Shown here: piece by piece, positions 8,065-18,217 of the stretch
Layout: every line of letters begins with the position of its first letter
Position numbering within the stretch: position 1 is the first letter of the stretch
Assembly (NCBI GenBank): GCA_035626675.1
Contig: DASPNH010000101.1
Span: 3,546-67,545 of the forward strand
DNA: 64,000 nucleotides
Source of the DNA: Candidatus Binatia bacterium
GTDB lineage: Bacteria > Desulfobacterota > Binatia > UBA1149 > CAITLU01
Reading direction: 5' to 3'
Position numbers and translations under genes: made by a program
Notes under the pieces: model-generated
What the model saw: only the letters and a program-made list of their open reading frames with translations
What the model was told of the DNA's origin: nothing
Database searches by the model: none

Positions 8065-9816
8065 ATGCAGCAGGAGAAGGCCCAGCATGAGATGACCCAG
8101 CGCGACGCAGCGTCGGAGAGCTTCTCAGACATGTTCGAAGCGTCGGTCCGCCCCGTCCAGTCGGGCGAGATCGTCAAAGGCCACATCGTGTCGATCGACA
8201 ACGAGATGGTCACCGTCGACATCGGCTACAAGTCCGAAGGGATGATCCCGATCTCGGAGTTCCAGGATCGCGCAGGCAATCTGCTGGTCAAGGAAGGCCA
8301 GGAAGTCGACGTGTACGTAGAGTCCACCGGCGGCGACGGCGGCGAGATGCACCTGTCGTTTCAGCGTGCCCGCCAGAACGTCGTGTGGAAGGCCATCGAG
8401 GAAGCCTACAATTCCGGCGGCTCGGTCCAGGGGACCGTGGTCGGCCGCGTCAAGGGCGGCCTCAAGGTCGATGTCGGCGTATTCGCGTTCCTGCCGGGCT
8501 CGCACGTGGACACGCGTCCCACCCGCAGCCTGGACCGCTACATCGGCGAGACCACCCAGTTCTCGATCCTGAAGTTCAATCGCGCCCGCGGCAACGTGGT
8601 CGTCTCCCGCAAGGCCCTGCTCGAGAAGGAGCAGGAGGTCATGCGCGCCGAGACGCTCAAGGTTCTCGAAGAGGGCGTCATCCTGGAAGGCACCGTCAAG
8701 AACGTCACCGACTACGGGGCTTTCGTCGACCTCGGTGGCATCGACGGCCTGCTGCACGTCACCGACATGAGCTGGGGACGCGTCAGCCATCCTTCCAAGG
8801 TCGTCAAGCCCGGTGAAGTCATTCGCGTCGTCGTTCTCAAGTACGACGCCAACTCGCATCGCATCTCGCTCGGGCTCAAGCAGCTCAGCGAGGATCCGTG
8901 GCTGACCGTTGCCGATCGCCTCTTCCCCGGAAGCCGCGTGCACGGAAAGGTCGTCAGCCTGACCGACTACGGCGCGTTCGTCGAGATCGAGGACGGCATC
9001 GAGGGCCTGGTGCACGTTTCGGAGATGAGCTGGACCAAGCGCGTCACGCATCCCTCGCAGGTGCTGGTGGTGGGTGACGAGGTCGACGTCGTCGTCCTCT
9101 CGCTCGACCCCGAGAATCGCCGGATCTCGCTCGGCCTCAAGCAGGTCACGCCCAATCCCTGGGAAATGCTGCCCATCGAGCATCCCGTCGGAACGCGCGT
9201 CAAGGGCAAGGTCACCTCGGTCACCGACTTTGGCGTGTTCGTCAACGTCAAGGAAGGCATCGACGGCCTCGTCCACATCTCCGACATGCACTGGACCAAG
9301 AAGGTCCACCATCCCTCCGAGATGGTGAAAAAGGGCGACGAGCTGGAATGCGTCGTCCTGGGCATCGACATTCCCAACGAGCGTCTCTCGCTCGGCCTCA
9401 AGCAGCTGACCGAGGACCCGTGGCGCCGCATGAACGAGCGCTATCCGGTCGGCACGCGCATCCACGGCAAGGTCACCAACATCGCCGACTTCGGCGTGTT
9501 CGTGGAGCTGGAGGAAGGCGTCGAGGGCCTGGTCCACGTTTCCCAGATCGGCCGGGAACGGGTCGAGAACCCGCGCGACCTCTTTCAGCCCAATCAGCAG
9601 ATCGAGGCCGAGGTCACCCAGGTCGACATCCGCGAGCGGCGGATCTCGCTGTCCATCCGGTCCCTGCTGCAGTCGGCCGAGAAGGAAGAGATGCGCGCCT
9701 ACATGTCATCGGAAGCCTCCGGAAGCGGTCGTGGGGGTAGCGTCACCTTGGGCGATATGATCCAAGAAAAGCTGGCGCGGCGCGGGAGTCGCGAGGAAAC
9801 CGGCAAGGGAGAGTAG
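8065..9816 (+). CDS. rpsA: 30S ribosomal protein S1
   Basis: There are six tandem S1 domains with repeated G.V.G.V...GAFV and GL.H.S units. A GGAGGA ribosome-binding site lies 11 nt upstream of ATG 8065. An in-frame start at 7990 is possible but less likely. Confidence 0.9.
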   Translation: MQQEKAQHEMTQRDAASESFSDMFEASVRPVQSGEIVKGHIVSIDNEMVTVDIGYKSEGMIPISEFQDRAGNLLVKEGQEVDVYVESTGGDGGEMHLSFQRARQNVVWKAIEEAYNSGGSVQGTVVGRVKGGLKVDVGVFAFLPGSHVDTRPTRSLDRYIGETTQFSILKFNRARGNVVVSRKALLEKEQEVMRAETLKVLEEGVILEGTVKNVTDYGAFVDLGGIDGLLHVTDMSWGRVSHPSKVVKPGEVIRVVVLKYDANSHRISLGLKQLSEDPWLTVADRLFPGSRVHGKVVSLTDYGAFVEIEDGIEGLVHVSEMSWTKRVTHPSQVLVVGDEVDVVVLSLDPENRRISLGLKQVTPNPWEMLPIEHPVGTRVKGKVTSVTDFGVFVNVKEGIDGLVHISDMHWTKKVHHPSEMVKKGDELECVVLGIDIPNERLSLGLKQLTEDPWRRMNERYPVGTRIHGKVTNIADFGVFVELEEGVEGLVHVSQIGRERVENPRDLFQPNQQIEAEVTQVDIRERRISLSIRSLLQSAEKEEMRAYMSSEASGSGRGGSVTLGDMIQEKLARRGSREETGKGE

Positions 9817-9837
9817 GCCGGCTGGAGGGACGATCAG

Positions 9838-10185
<348 letters not shown>

Positions 10186-10199
10186 TGCACTGAAGCCGG

Positions 10200-10697
10200 G
10201 TGAAAGTTCTTTGGGCGCCCTGGCGCCTGTCCTACATCGAGAAGGGTGACCTTCGCGCCGGCTGCATCTTTTGCGACAAGCCCAGGCTGCAATCGGCGCC
10301 GGAACGCCGCGCAGGCCTGGTGCTTTCCAGCGGAGAGCACACCAGCGTGCTCATGAACCTGTATCCCTATGCCAACGCGCATCTGATGGTCGCGCCGCGC
10401 GGCCACACCGCCGATTTCGCCTCGCTCGACCATGCTACCGCGGCCGCGGTACACGCAGACCTTCAGCGGTGCGTGCGCGTCCTCACCCGCGCCTTTTCGC
10501 CCGCAGGCTTCAACATCGGGATGAACCTGGGCCGCTGCGGCGGGGCAGGAATCGCCGATCATCTCCATTGGCACATCGTTCCGCGCTGGGAAGGCGATAC
10601 GAATTTCATGCCCATGCTCGCTGACACGCGCGTGATACCGCAACATCTGGAAGATACCTACGAGCGCCTGCTGCCGCTCTTTACGGAGGAAGCATGA
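10200..10697 (+). CDS. HIT-family (histidine triad) hydrolase
   Basis: The histidine triad is HLHWHIVPRW, and the N-terminal region CIFCD resembles the HIT fold. The gene starts with GTG. Confidence 0.8.
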   Translation: MKVLWAPWRLSYIEKGDLRAGCIFCDKPRLQSAPERRAGLVLSSGEHTSVLMNLYPYANAHLMVAPRGHTADFASLDHATAAAVHADLQRCVRVLTRAFSPAGFNIGMNLGRCGGAGIADHLHWHIVPRWEGDTNFMPMLADTRVIPQHLEDTYERLLPLFTEEA

Positions 10698-11221
10698 GAA
10701 TCCTGCGCACCATCCTGTTGCTCATCCTCATCGTGGCCGGCATCGCGCTGGCCAGCGTCAACATGACGCCGGTCAAGTTCTTCTACCTGCCGCCGTTCCA
10801 GTTCATGCCGCGTCCCGAGGGCGCCTCCATGGACATCCCGCTGGCGCTGCTGCTGCTGGCCTCGCTCGTGCTCGGCGCGCTCATCGCCGGCACCGGCACC
10901 TTCGTCGAGCACGCGCGGCTGCGATTCGCGGTGCGCCGTCAGGCCAAGGTCAACGGCAAGCTGCGAGGCGACGTGGAGCGGCTGACCAGCGAGCTCGAGC
11001 AGGCGCGGTCGGCCGCAGAAGCGCGTCAGGTCGAGCTCGCCGCGGCCCAGACCCGCGCCGAACGCGCCGAGGACGAGGTCACCAAGGCGCAGCTCGAGGC
11101 GGCGCGACATCGCGCGCGAGCGGACGAGCTGGCAGCGGCGGCTGCCGACGCGGCCACTGCCGCCGAAACCAATGCCGATGACGAGCTTCCCGCGTTGCCG
11201 GGCGTGACGCCGGCGCAATAA
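10694..11221 (+). CDS. LapA-like (DUF1049) inner-membrane protein with a coiled-coil tail
   Basis: The N-terminus holds two transmembrane helices, followed by an Ala/Glu/Arg-rich coiled coil. A GGAGGA ribosome-binding site is present. The start overlaps the HIT gene stop. Confidence 0.6.
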   Translation: MRILRTILLLILIVAGIALASVNMTPVKFFYLPPFQFMPRPEGASMDIPLALLLLASLVLGALIAGTGTFVEHARLRFAVRRQAKVNGKLRGDVERLTSELEQARSAAEARQVELAAAQTRAERAEDEVTKAQLEAARHRARADELAAAAADAATAAETNADDELPALPGVTPAQ

Positions 11222-11259
11222 TTGGCGCCGCACCTGTTCGGGATAGGCAAACTGGCGCT

Positions 11260-11288
11260 TTGCCGGTAGCCGGTTCCGCACCTATAGT
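11260..11288 (+). promoter_or_regulatory. Sigma70-like promoter, TTGCCG-N17-TATAGT, giving a near-leaderless transcript of the AAA+ gene
   Basis: The -35 element is at 11260-11265, and the -10 at 11283-11288 follows a 17-nt spacer. The ATG at 11298 lies about 3 nt past the predicted transcription start. This is read by eye only. Confidence 0.35.
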
Positions 11289-11297
11289 GCGCGTTCG

Positions 11298-12704
11298 ATG
11301 ACCCGTCCCGCCACTCTCGCCGAGCTCCAGGCCAGCGGCTACCGCGCCCGCAGCGTCCGCGACGAGATGCGCGAGAACCTCCTGGCGGTCCTGACAGGCG
11401 AGGAGGGCGGCCGCTCGGTCTTTTCCGGCATCATCGGCTACGACGAGACGGTCATTCCCGAGATCGAGAACGCGGTGCTTTCGGGCCACCACATCGTCCT
11501 TCTCGGTGAGCGCGGCCAGGCCAAGACGCGGCTGATCCGCGCGCTCATGAACCTGCTCGACGAGGCCGTGCCGGCGGTGGCCGGCTGCGAGATCCACGAC
11601 GATCCGTTGGCGCCGGTGTGCGCGGCCTGCCGCCGCCGCGTTCCTGCCGAGGGCGGCGACCTGCCCATCGTCTGGATCGGTCGCGATGCGCGCTACGGCG
11701 AGAAGCTGGCCACCCCGGACGTCACCATTGCCGACCTGATCGGCGAGATCGACCCGGTCAAGATCGCCGAAGGCCGCTACCTCTCCGACGAGGAGGCCAT
11801 CCATTTCGGCATCGTCGCGCGCACGCATCGCGGCATCTTCGCCATCAACGAGCTGCCCGACCTTACCGAGAAGGTGCAGGTCGGCCTGTTCAATCTGATG
11901 GAAGAGCGCGACCTGCAGATCAAGGGACACAAGATGCGGCTGCCGCTCGACGTCGTCGTGGTGGCCACCGCCAATCCCGAGGATTACACGAGCCGCGGCC
12001 GCATCGTCACGCCGCTCAAGGACCGCTTCGACGTCCAGATCCGCACGCATTATCCGCGCACCATCGAGCAGGAGATCGCGATCATGGAGCAGGAAGTGTC
12101 GTGCGCCGATCGCAGCGGCCGGCCCGTGCGCGTTCCCGACTTCATGAAGGAAGTGGTCGCACGCACGACGATGGAGGCACGCAAGGCCCCGGAGGTGAAC
12201 CAGTCCTCGGGCGTCAGCGTGCGCGTCAGCATCAACAACTACGAGACGATCCTGGCCAACGCCGAGAAGCGCGCCGTGCGCTGCGGCGAGAGCGAGATCG
12301 TGCCGCGCATCAGCGACCTGCACGCGCTGTTCGCCTCCACCAACGGCAAGCTCGAGCTCGAGTACGGCCTGGACGCCGCCAAGGAGGCGGCAGTGGTCGA
12401 CCGCCTGCTGTCGGTGGCGGTCAAGCACGTCTTCGATTCGCGCCTGAGCCTGGCCCAGCTCCAGCCCATCCTCGAGTACATGGGGCAGGGATGGGGCGTG
12501 GCCGTCTCCGACACCATGCCTGCATCGGACTACCTCGAAGGCCTGGCTTCGATTCCGGGGCTGCGCGAGGTGATCGAGCATCTCGGCCCGGCCGAGAGCC
12601 CGGGCCTGACCGCATCCGCCATCGAGTTCGTCTTCGAGGGCCTGCATCTTCTCAAGAAGCTCAATCGGGAGCGCCAGGGAGGGCGCCTCTCCTACGCAGC
12701 CTGA
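11298..12704 (+). CDS. ChlI/BchI-like AAA+ ATPase (Mg-chelatase subunit I family), non-photosynthetic paralogue
   Basis: The 468-aa product aligns by eye to BchI. The Walker A region is GERGQAKT, and the Walker B position reads IFAINELPDL. Both are degenerate (Ala for Gly, Asn for Asp). The sensor and arginine-finger regions (VVVATANPE, PLKDRF) are retained. Confidence 0.8.
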   Translation: MTRPATLAELQASGYRARSVRDEMRENLLAVLTGEEGGRSVFSGIIGYDETVIPEIENAVLSGHHIVLLGERGQAKTRLIRALMNLLDEAVPAVAGCEIHDDPLAPVCAACRRRVPAEGGDLPIVWIGRDARYGEKLATPDVTIADLIGEIDPVKIAEGRYLSDEEAIHFGIVARTHRGIFAINELPDLTEKVQVGLFNLMEERDLQIKGHKMRLPLDVVVVATANPEDYTSRGRIVTPLKDRFDVQIRTHYPRTIEQEIAIMEQEVSCADRSGRPVRVPDFMKEVVARTTMEARKAPEVNQSSGVSVRVSINNYETILANAEKRAVRCGESEIVPRISDLHALFASTNGKLELEYGLDAAKEAAVVDRLLSVAVKHVFDSRLSLAQLQPILEYMGQGWGVAVSDTMPASDYLEGLASIPGLREVIEHLGPAESPGLTASAIEFVFEGLHLLKKLNRERQGGRLSYAA

Positions 12705-12731
12705 CGCGATGATCGCTTCGCAACAGCAGGT

Positions 12732-14324
12732 TTGAGCGTGCGCCTACGCTACACAGTCTGGGACGGAACCCAGACCGTCCGCCTCGATCCCGATACCGTC
12801 TTCGAGCGCCTGGCCGAGCATCTCGGCTCCAGCGACGACGTCGGCGAAGCGCTCGACCGTCTGCTTCGCGAAGGCATGGCGGGCGAGGAATTCGAGGTCG
12901 TCGGCATCGACGAGCTGGCCGAGAAGGTTCGCGAGGCCATCGAGGAGTTTCACAACAAGTACAACCTGGAGCGGTCGCTCGAGCAGCCCTGGGGCGAGCT
13001 CGACGAGGTCACCGGCATGGAGCAGGAGGCCACCGAGCGGATGCCTCCGGGCGAGAAGAGGCGCCGCCGCCAGGAGGACATGGAGGGGCTCTCGCGGATC
13101 CTCGAAGAGGCCCTGCTGCAGATGTCGCGCTGGCCGTTCGACGACGAGGATGCGCGCTCGGCTTTCGAGCAGCTCTCCGATCGCGGTGACGACATCCGCA
13201 AGGTCGAGCGTTTCCAGCGCCGCTACCGCGATCAGTTCCACGGCCCCGACAGTCTCGACTTCGAGCAGACCCTGGAGATGCTCGACGTCTACGAGCGGCT
13301 GCGCGAGCTCGAGCGCGCGCTTCGCGAGCGTGACTTCGAGAACGTCGACCCCGCTTCGGTGCGCGAGTTGCTGGGGCAGGAGATGGCCGAGCAGATCGCG
13401 CGGCTGCAGCAGCTGGCGCGGGCGCTGACCGACGCAGGCTATGTGGTCAGCAAGGGAGGACGCTACGTCCTGTCGCCCAAGGGCGCACGCCGACTGGGAC
13501 AGATCGCACTGCGCGAGATCCTGCACGATCTGCTCGCGGATGCCTCGGGCCGTCACGACACGCGCAGGCGCGGTGCCAGCGACATGCACACCGAGGACGC
13601 CAAGCCCTACGAGTTCGGCGACCCGTTCGTGCTCGACGTTGCCGCCACCGTTCGCTCCGCACTGACGCGCGCGTCGGGCACGCCCGTGTCGATCCGGGCC
13701 GCCGACCTGCACGTCAAGGAGAGCCACCGCACCACGCGCACCGCCACCGTGCTGCTCCTGGACATGAGCTGGTCGATGAGCTGGGAGGGACGCTTCGCCG
13801 CCGCCAAGAAGGTCGCGCTGGCGATGGAGACGCTGATGCGCACGCGTTTCCCGCGTGACTATTTCGGTCTGGTCGGGTTCTACACGCGCGCCGTCGAGCT
13901 GCGTCCATCCGATCTTGCCGAGGTCACCTGGAACATGGGCGACCCCTTCACCAACCTGCAGGACGGTCTTCGCCTGGGTGCCGAGCTGCTCTCGCGCCAC
14001 CCGGCGGCCAGTCAGCAGATGATCGTCATCACCGACGGCCAGCCCACCGCCTATTTCCACGAGGGCCGTCTGTTCTGCGAATGGCCGATGAGCATCGGCG
14101 GCCTGTCCACGCGGGCGACGGTGGAGACGCTCAAGGAGGTCGAGCGCGTCACGCGGCGCGGCGTGCGCATCAACACCTTCATGCTGGACGACAGCCCGCC
14201 GCTGCGCTCTTTCGTGCAGCGCATGACCGCCATCAACAAGGGCCGTGCCTTCTACACCACGCCCGATCAGCTCGGGCGCTTCGTCCTGGTCGACTACGTG
14301 GCCAAGCGGCGCAAGATCGTATGA
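12732..14324 (+). CDS. VWA-domain protein, CoxE-like or ChlD-like C-terminal von Willebrand factor A domain
   Basis: The 530-aa product has an acidic helical N-terminal half. The C-terminal VWA domain has the MIDAS motif DMSWSMS, then ITDGQPT. The gene starts with TTG, and its stop overlaps the mutS ATG. Confidence 0.8.
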   Translation: MSVRLRYTVWDGTQTVRLDPDTVFERLAEHLGSSDDVGEALDRLLREGMAGEEFEVVGIDELAEKVREAIEEFHNKYNLERSLEQPWGELDEVTGMEQEATERMPPGEKRRRRQEDMEGLSRILEEALLQMSRWPFDDEDARSAFEQLSDRGDDIRKVERFQRRYRDQFHGPDSLDFEQTLEMLDVYERLRELERALRERDFENVDPASVRELLGQEMAEQIARLQQLARALTDAGYVVSKGGRYVLSPKGARRLGQIALREILHDLLADASGRHDTRRRGASDMHTEDAKPYEFGDPFVLDVAATVRSALTRASGTPVSIRAADLHVKESHRTTRTATVLLLDMSWSMSWEGRFAAAKKVALAMETLMRTRFPRDYFGLVGFYTRAVELRPSDLAEVTWNMGDPFTNLQDGLRLGAELLSRHPAASQQMIVITDGQPTAYFHEGRLFCEWPMSIGGLSTRATVETLKEVERVTRRGVRINTFMLDDSPPLRSFVQRMTAINKGRAFYTTPDQLGRFVLVDYVAKRRKIV

Positions 14325-17005
14325 CGACGGCCGCGCGGGGAAGCGAGACGCAGACCACGACGGGCAGGGCGCTGTGGCAGGGCAAGCTGACGCCCGCCAT
14401 GCAGCAGTACCTGGAGGTCAAGTCTCGTCACGAGGATTCGCTCGTGTTCTTTCGCATGGGCGACTTCTACGAGATGTTCTTCGAAGACGCCGAGCAGGCA
14501 GCCGAGCTCCTGGACCTGACGCTGACCTCGCGCAATCGCAACGACGAGCATCCCATCCCGATGTGTGGCGTGCCGTATCATTCTGTGCGTCCCTACGTCG
14601 CGCGCCTGCTGGAGGCCGGTCGCAAGGTCGCGATCTGCGAGCAGCTCGATCCGCCCGAGAAAGGTGCGCTGGTGCGCCGCGAGGTCACGCGCATCATCTC
14701 GCCGGGCACCAACCTGGACGAGGAGAGCCTGGCGCCCGAGCGCGCCAACTTCCTTGCCGCCGTGGTTGCAGTTGCGGGTGGCGGTCATGGCATCGCCATC
14801 ACCGACTTCTCCACGGGCGAGGTTCGCACGACCGAGGTCGCATCCTTCCAGGCGCTGGCAGAAGAGCTGGCCGCTGCCGCACCAAGCGAAGTCGTCCTGC
14901 GCCAGGGCGAGTCGCAGGCGCTGGTCGATCAGCTGCGCGCGGCCTTGCCGGGATGCCTGGTCGGCTCGACGCGGGAGACCGGTAGCGACGCGGTCGGCGC
15001 ATCGCGCCGCGAGGGCACAGGGGCGTCACGCGACGAAGGCGCCGGCGGATCGCGCGAGGATGCCGCTGCGCGCCAGGTCACCGGTGCGACAGACGCCGCG
15101 CAGGCTGCCTGCGACCTGCTGCGCGCCTACGTGGCTGCCACACAGGGCGGAAACGTCTCGCATCTTCGCGAGCCGGTGCAGTACGACGCCTCCGCCTTTC
15201 TGCATCTGGATGCGGCCACGCGTCGCAATCTGGAGATCCTCGAGTCCTACGACGGCAGCAGGGCCAATGCGCTCGTGGCAGTGCTGGACCGCTGCGCCAC
15301 CGGCATGGGCAAGCGCGCACTGCGCGGCTACCTGGTGCGTCCGCTGGCCGACCTGTCCGCCATCGGCGCGCGCCTGTCGGTGGTCGAGGCCCTGGTCGAG
15401 GACTATTCGCTGCGCGCCGATCTTCGCGAGTCGCTGCGTCGGATCGGCGATCTGGAGCGCCTGCTCGGCCGCATCGGCGCCGGCACCTCGGGGCCGCGCG
15501 ACGTCGCTCGTCTGGCCGATGCGCTCGCGCTCGTCGATCTGCTGCGCACGCGCCTTGCCGGCGCGCAGCGTGCCGATGTCCTGGCGGCTGTCGCGAGGGA
15601 CCTGGATGCGCTGCCGGCTCTTGCCGAGCGCATTCGCACGACGCTGGTGGACGAGCCGGCGGCGATGGTGGGCAAGGGCGAGGTGATTCGCAGCGGCCAC
15701 CACGAAGAGGTCGACCGTCTGCGCTCGATCAGCCGCGACGGCAAGGGATGGATCGTCGCGTTCGAAGCCGAAGAGCGTGCGCGCACCGGAATCGGCTCGC
15801 TCAAGGTCGGCTTCAACAAGGTGTTCGGCTACTACATCGAGATCACGCGGGCCAACCAGCACCTGGCGCCCGTCTCGTACACACGCAAGCAGACGGTGGC
15901 CAACGCCGAGCGCTACATCACGCCCGAGCTCAAGGCGCGCGAGAACGAAGTGCTCGGTGCGGAGGAGCGTCTTGCGGCGCTGGAAACGCATCTTCTACGC
16001 GAGCTCGTCTGCGAGATCGCGCCGCTGCAGCCGAGCCTCGGTCGCACCGCCGCCGCGCTGGCCGCGCTCGATGCGCTGGCCGGGCTTGCCGAGGTCGCGC
16101 ATCAGCGCGGATACGTGCGTCCACAAATGTGCGAGAGCGGCGACCTCGAGATCGTCGGCGGCCGCCACCCCGTCGTCGAGGCACGACTCGGCGGCACCTT
16201 CGTCCCCAACGACTGCCGGCTCGGAATGGATTCGCGCCTGCTGATGGTCATCACCGGACCGAACATGGCCGGCAAGTCGACCTACCTGCGGCAGGTGGCG
16301 CTCATCGCGCTGCTGGCGCACTGCGGCTCTTTCGTCCCTGCCACCGCCGCGCGCGTGCCGCTGGTCGACCGGATCTTCACGCGCATCGGGGCCAGCGACA
16401 ATCTCGCCGCCGGTCAGTCCACCTTCATGGTCGAGATGAGCGAGACCGCCGCCATCCTGCGCGACATGACCGAGCGCAGCCTGGTCGTGCTCGACGAGAT
16501 CGGACGCGGCACCTCGACCTTCGACGGGATCTCGATTGCCTGGGCGGTGGCCGAGGCCATGGGCAAGGCCAGGGCCAAGACGCTCTTCGCCACGCACTAT
16601 CACGAGCTGGCGGCCCTGGAAGCCGAGCACGATCACGTCCAGAACTTCTCGGTGGCGGTGCGGCGCTACAAGGGCGGGGTGATTTTCCTGTACCGCATCG
16701 TTCCGGGGCCGACCAGTGGCAGCTTCGGCATCGAGGTGGCGCGCCTTGCCGGCGTTCCCGACCCCGTCATCGAAAAGGCCCGTTCAATTTTGGCCAGGTT
16801 CGAGAGCGGTCACGGTATCGGCGGGACAACCGCCAGCCAGCTCAGTCTTTTCTCCTCGGCGCGCGCGGCCAGCCGCAGCGCTGCTGCCGAAGCCGGCGAG
16901 GCTTTCGCCGCGCGTGTCGCCGCCATCGATGCCGATGCGCTGACGCCGCTGGAAGCGCTCAACCTGCTCGCACGCCTTGTGGAGGAGGCGAAGGCGGCGC
17001 AATAA
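14321..17005 (+). CDS. mutS: DNA mismatch repair protein MutS
   Basis: The mismatch-binding N-terminus reads FYEMFFEDAE. The Walker A is GPNMAGKST, with DEIGRGTST and the C-terminal helix-turn-helix. The ATG at 14321 overlaps the VWA stop. Confidence 0.93.
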   Translation: MTTAARGSETQTTTGRALWQGKLTPAMQQYLEVKSRHEDSLVFFRMGDFYEMFFEDAEQAAELLDLTLTSRNRNDEHPIPMCGVPYHSVRPYVARLLEAGRKVAICEQLDPPEKGALVRREVTRIISPGTNLDEESLAPERANFLAAVVAVAGGGHGIAITDFSTGEVRTTEVASFQALAEELAAAAPSEVVLRQGESQALVDQLRAALPGCLVGSTRETGSDAVGASRREGTGASRDEGAGGSREDAAARQVTGATDAAQAACDLLRAYVAATQGGNVSHLREPVQYDASAFLHLDAATRRNLEILESYDGSRANALVAVLDRCATGMGKRALRGYLVRPLADLSAIGARLSVVEALVEDYSLRADLRESLRRIGDLERLLGRIGAGTSGPRDVARLADALALVDLLRTRLAGAQRADVLAAVARDLDALPALAERIRTTLVDEPAAMVGKGEVIRSGHHEEVDRLRSISRDGKGWIVAFEAEERARTGIGSLKVGFNKVFGYYIEITRANQHLAPVSYTRKQTVANAERYITPELKARENEVLGAEERLAALETHLLRELVCEIAPLQPSLGRTAAALAALDALAGLAEVAHQRGYVRPQMCESGDLEIVGGRHPVVEARLGGTFVPNDCRLGMDSRLLMVITGPNMAGKSTYLRQVALIALLAHCGSFVPATAARVPLVDRIFTRIGASDNLAAGQSTFMVEMSETAAILRDMTERSLVVLDEIGRGTSTFDGISIAWAVAEAMGKARAKTLFATHYHELAALEAEHDHVQNFSVAVRRYKGGVIFLYRIVPGPTSGSFGIEVARLAGVPDPVIEKARSILARFESGHGIGGTTASQLSLFSSARAASRSAAAEAGEAFAARVAAIDADALTPLEALNLLARLVEEAKAAQ

Positions 17006-17017
17006 TCGCACGCTGCA

Positions 17018-18205
17018 GTGGAGGTGGAGGTGCGGCGGCGTTTTCTGTCTTCGCTCCCGGCCTTCGCATCAGGGAGCTTCCTTTCGATCCTGCTCTCGTT
17101 CGGCTCGAGCGACGCGGCCGTAGTCCGTTCGATCTCGGCCTCGAGCTCGCCTGGCCTCACACGAATCATCGTGGCCTGTGACGGCGCCGCCAGCTATCGC
17201 AGCGGGCCAGGGGAGGGCAGCTACGTCGTCGAGATCGCGGGCGCGCAGCTCGGACGCGATGCGCCTCGCCTTCTGCCGGTGGCCGATGCTCTCGTGCACG
17301 GCGTGGCCGTGGTCGCCTCGCCGGAATCTGACGGCGTGCGGCTGCACGTCCATCTGGCCGACGCTTCGCGCTCTCATGTCGACGTGGACGAGGGAAGCGG
17401 CGAGCTGACGATCCGGGTCGCGCGCAGCGGCTCGCCAAGTGCCGAGGCGCAGCCGCCTTCTCCTGCGCACCGATCATCCTCCACGGCCGACACGGAACAC
17501 GCCTCCGCCGCTCGCGATCCTTCCGCCGCGCGCACTCGCATCGCCGCGCGGCCGCTGATCGTCATCGACCCCGGGCATGGCGGCAAGGATCCGGGCGCCA
17601 AGGTCTGGGCAGGCGAGTTCGAGAAGGACATCGTGCTCGCCATCGCCACCGCAGTGGCCGATCGCCTGCGACGGCGCCTGGACGTCGACGTGGTGATGAC
17701 ACGCACCAGCGACGTCTTCGTCAGCCTCCAGGACCGGCGCGCCATGGTGCGCCAATGGAACGCCGACCTGTTCGTGTCCATCCACGCCAACGCCAGCGGC
17801 AACCAGGGCGCCTCGGGAGTCGAGACCTACTACGCACGCGAAGCGAGCATAGGGGGCAGTCATCGTTTGTCGCGAGCGAGAAACGGCGCCGGCGCCTTCG
17901 GCAGAAAAACGGCCAGTCTCGAGCGAAACGGCGCCAGTCCCCGCCTGGCCAAGAGCATTCAGAGGGAATTGGTGCGACATCTGGGGATGCGCTACAAGGC
18001 CGTGCGCGACCTCGGCGTCAAGGAGGGACGATTCTTCGTCCTGAAGGACAACGAGGTCCCCAGCGTCCTCGTCGAGGCAGCGTTCCTGACACATCGTGAA
18101 GAAGGTCTGCGCATCCGATCCGAAAGCTACCGCGACATGGCCGCCGAAGGCATCGTCGGCGGCATCGCCGAGTATCTCTCGGCGAGCGCGGCCTCACCGC
18201 TCTGA
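17018..18205 (+). CDS. N-acetylmuramoyl-L-alanine amidase (AmiC-like: AMIN domain plus Amidase_3), Tat-secreted
   Basis: A twin-arginine signal RRRFLSSL is present, followed by an N-terminal AMIN-like beta domain. The Amidase_3 core carries IDPGHGGKDPGA and ETYY. AmiA and AmiC in E. coli are known Tat substrates. Confidence 0.85.
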   Translation: MEVEVRRRFLSSLPAFASGSFLSILLSFGSSDAAVVRSISASSSPGLTRIIVACDGAASYRSGPGEGSYVVEIAGAQLGRDAPRLLPVADALVHGVAVVASPESDGVRLHVHLADASRSHVDVDEGSGELTIRVARSGSPSAEAQPPSPAHRSSSTADTEHASAARDPSAARTRIAARPLIVIDPGHGGKDPGAKVWAGEFEKDIVLAIATAVADRLRRRLDVDVVMTRTSDVFVSLQDRRAMVRQWNADLFVSIHANASGNQGASGVETYYAREASIGGSHRLSRARNGAGAFGRKTASLERNGASPRLAKSIQRELVRHLGMRYKAVRDLGVKEGRFFVLKDNEVPSVLVEAAFLTHREEGLRIRSESYRDMAAEGIVGGIAEYLSASAASPL

Positions 18206-18217
18206 GGCAGCCAGCTG

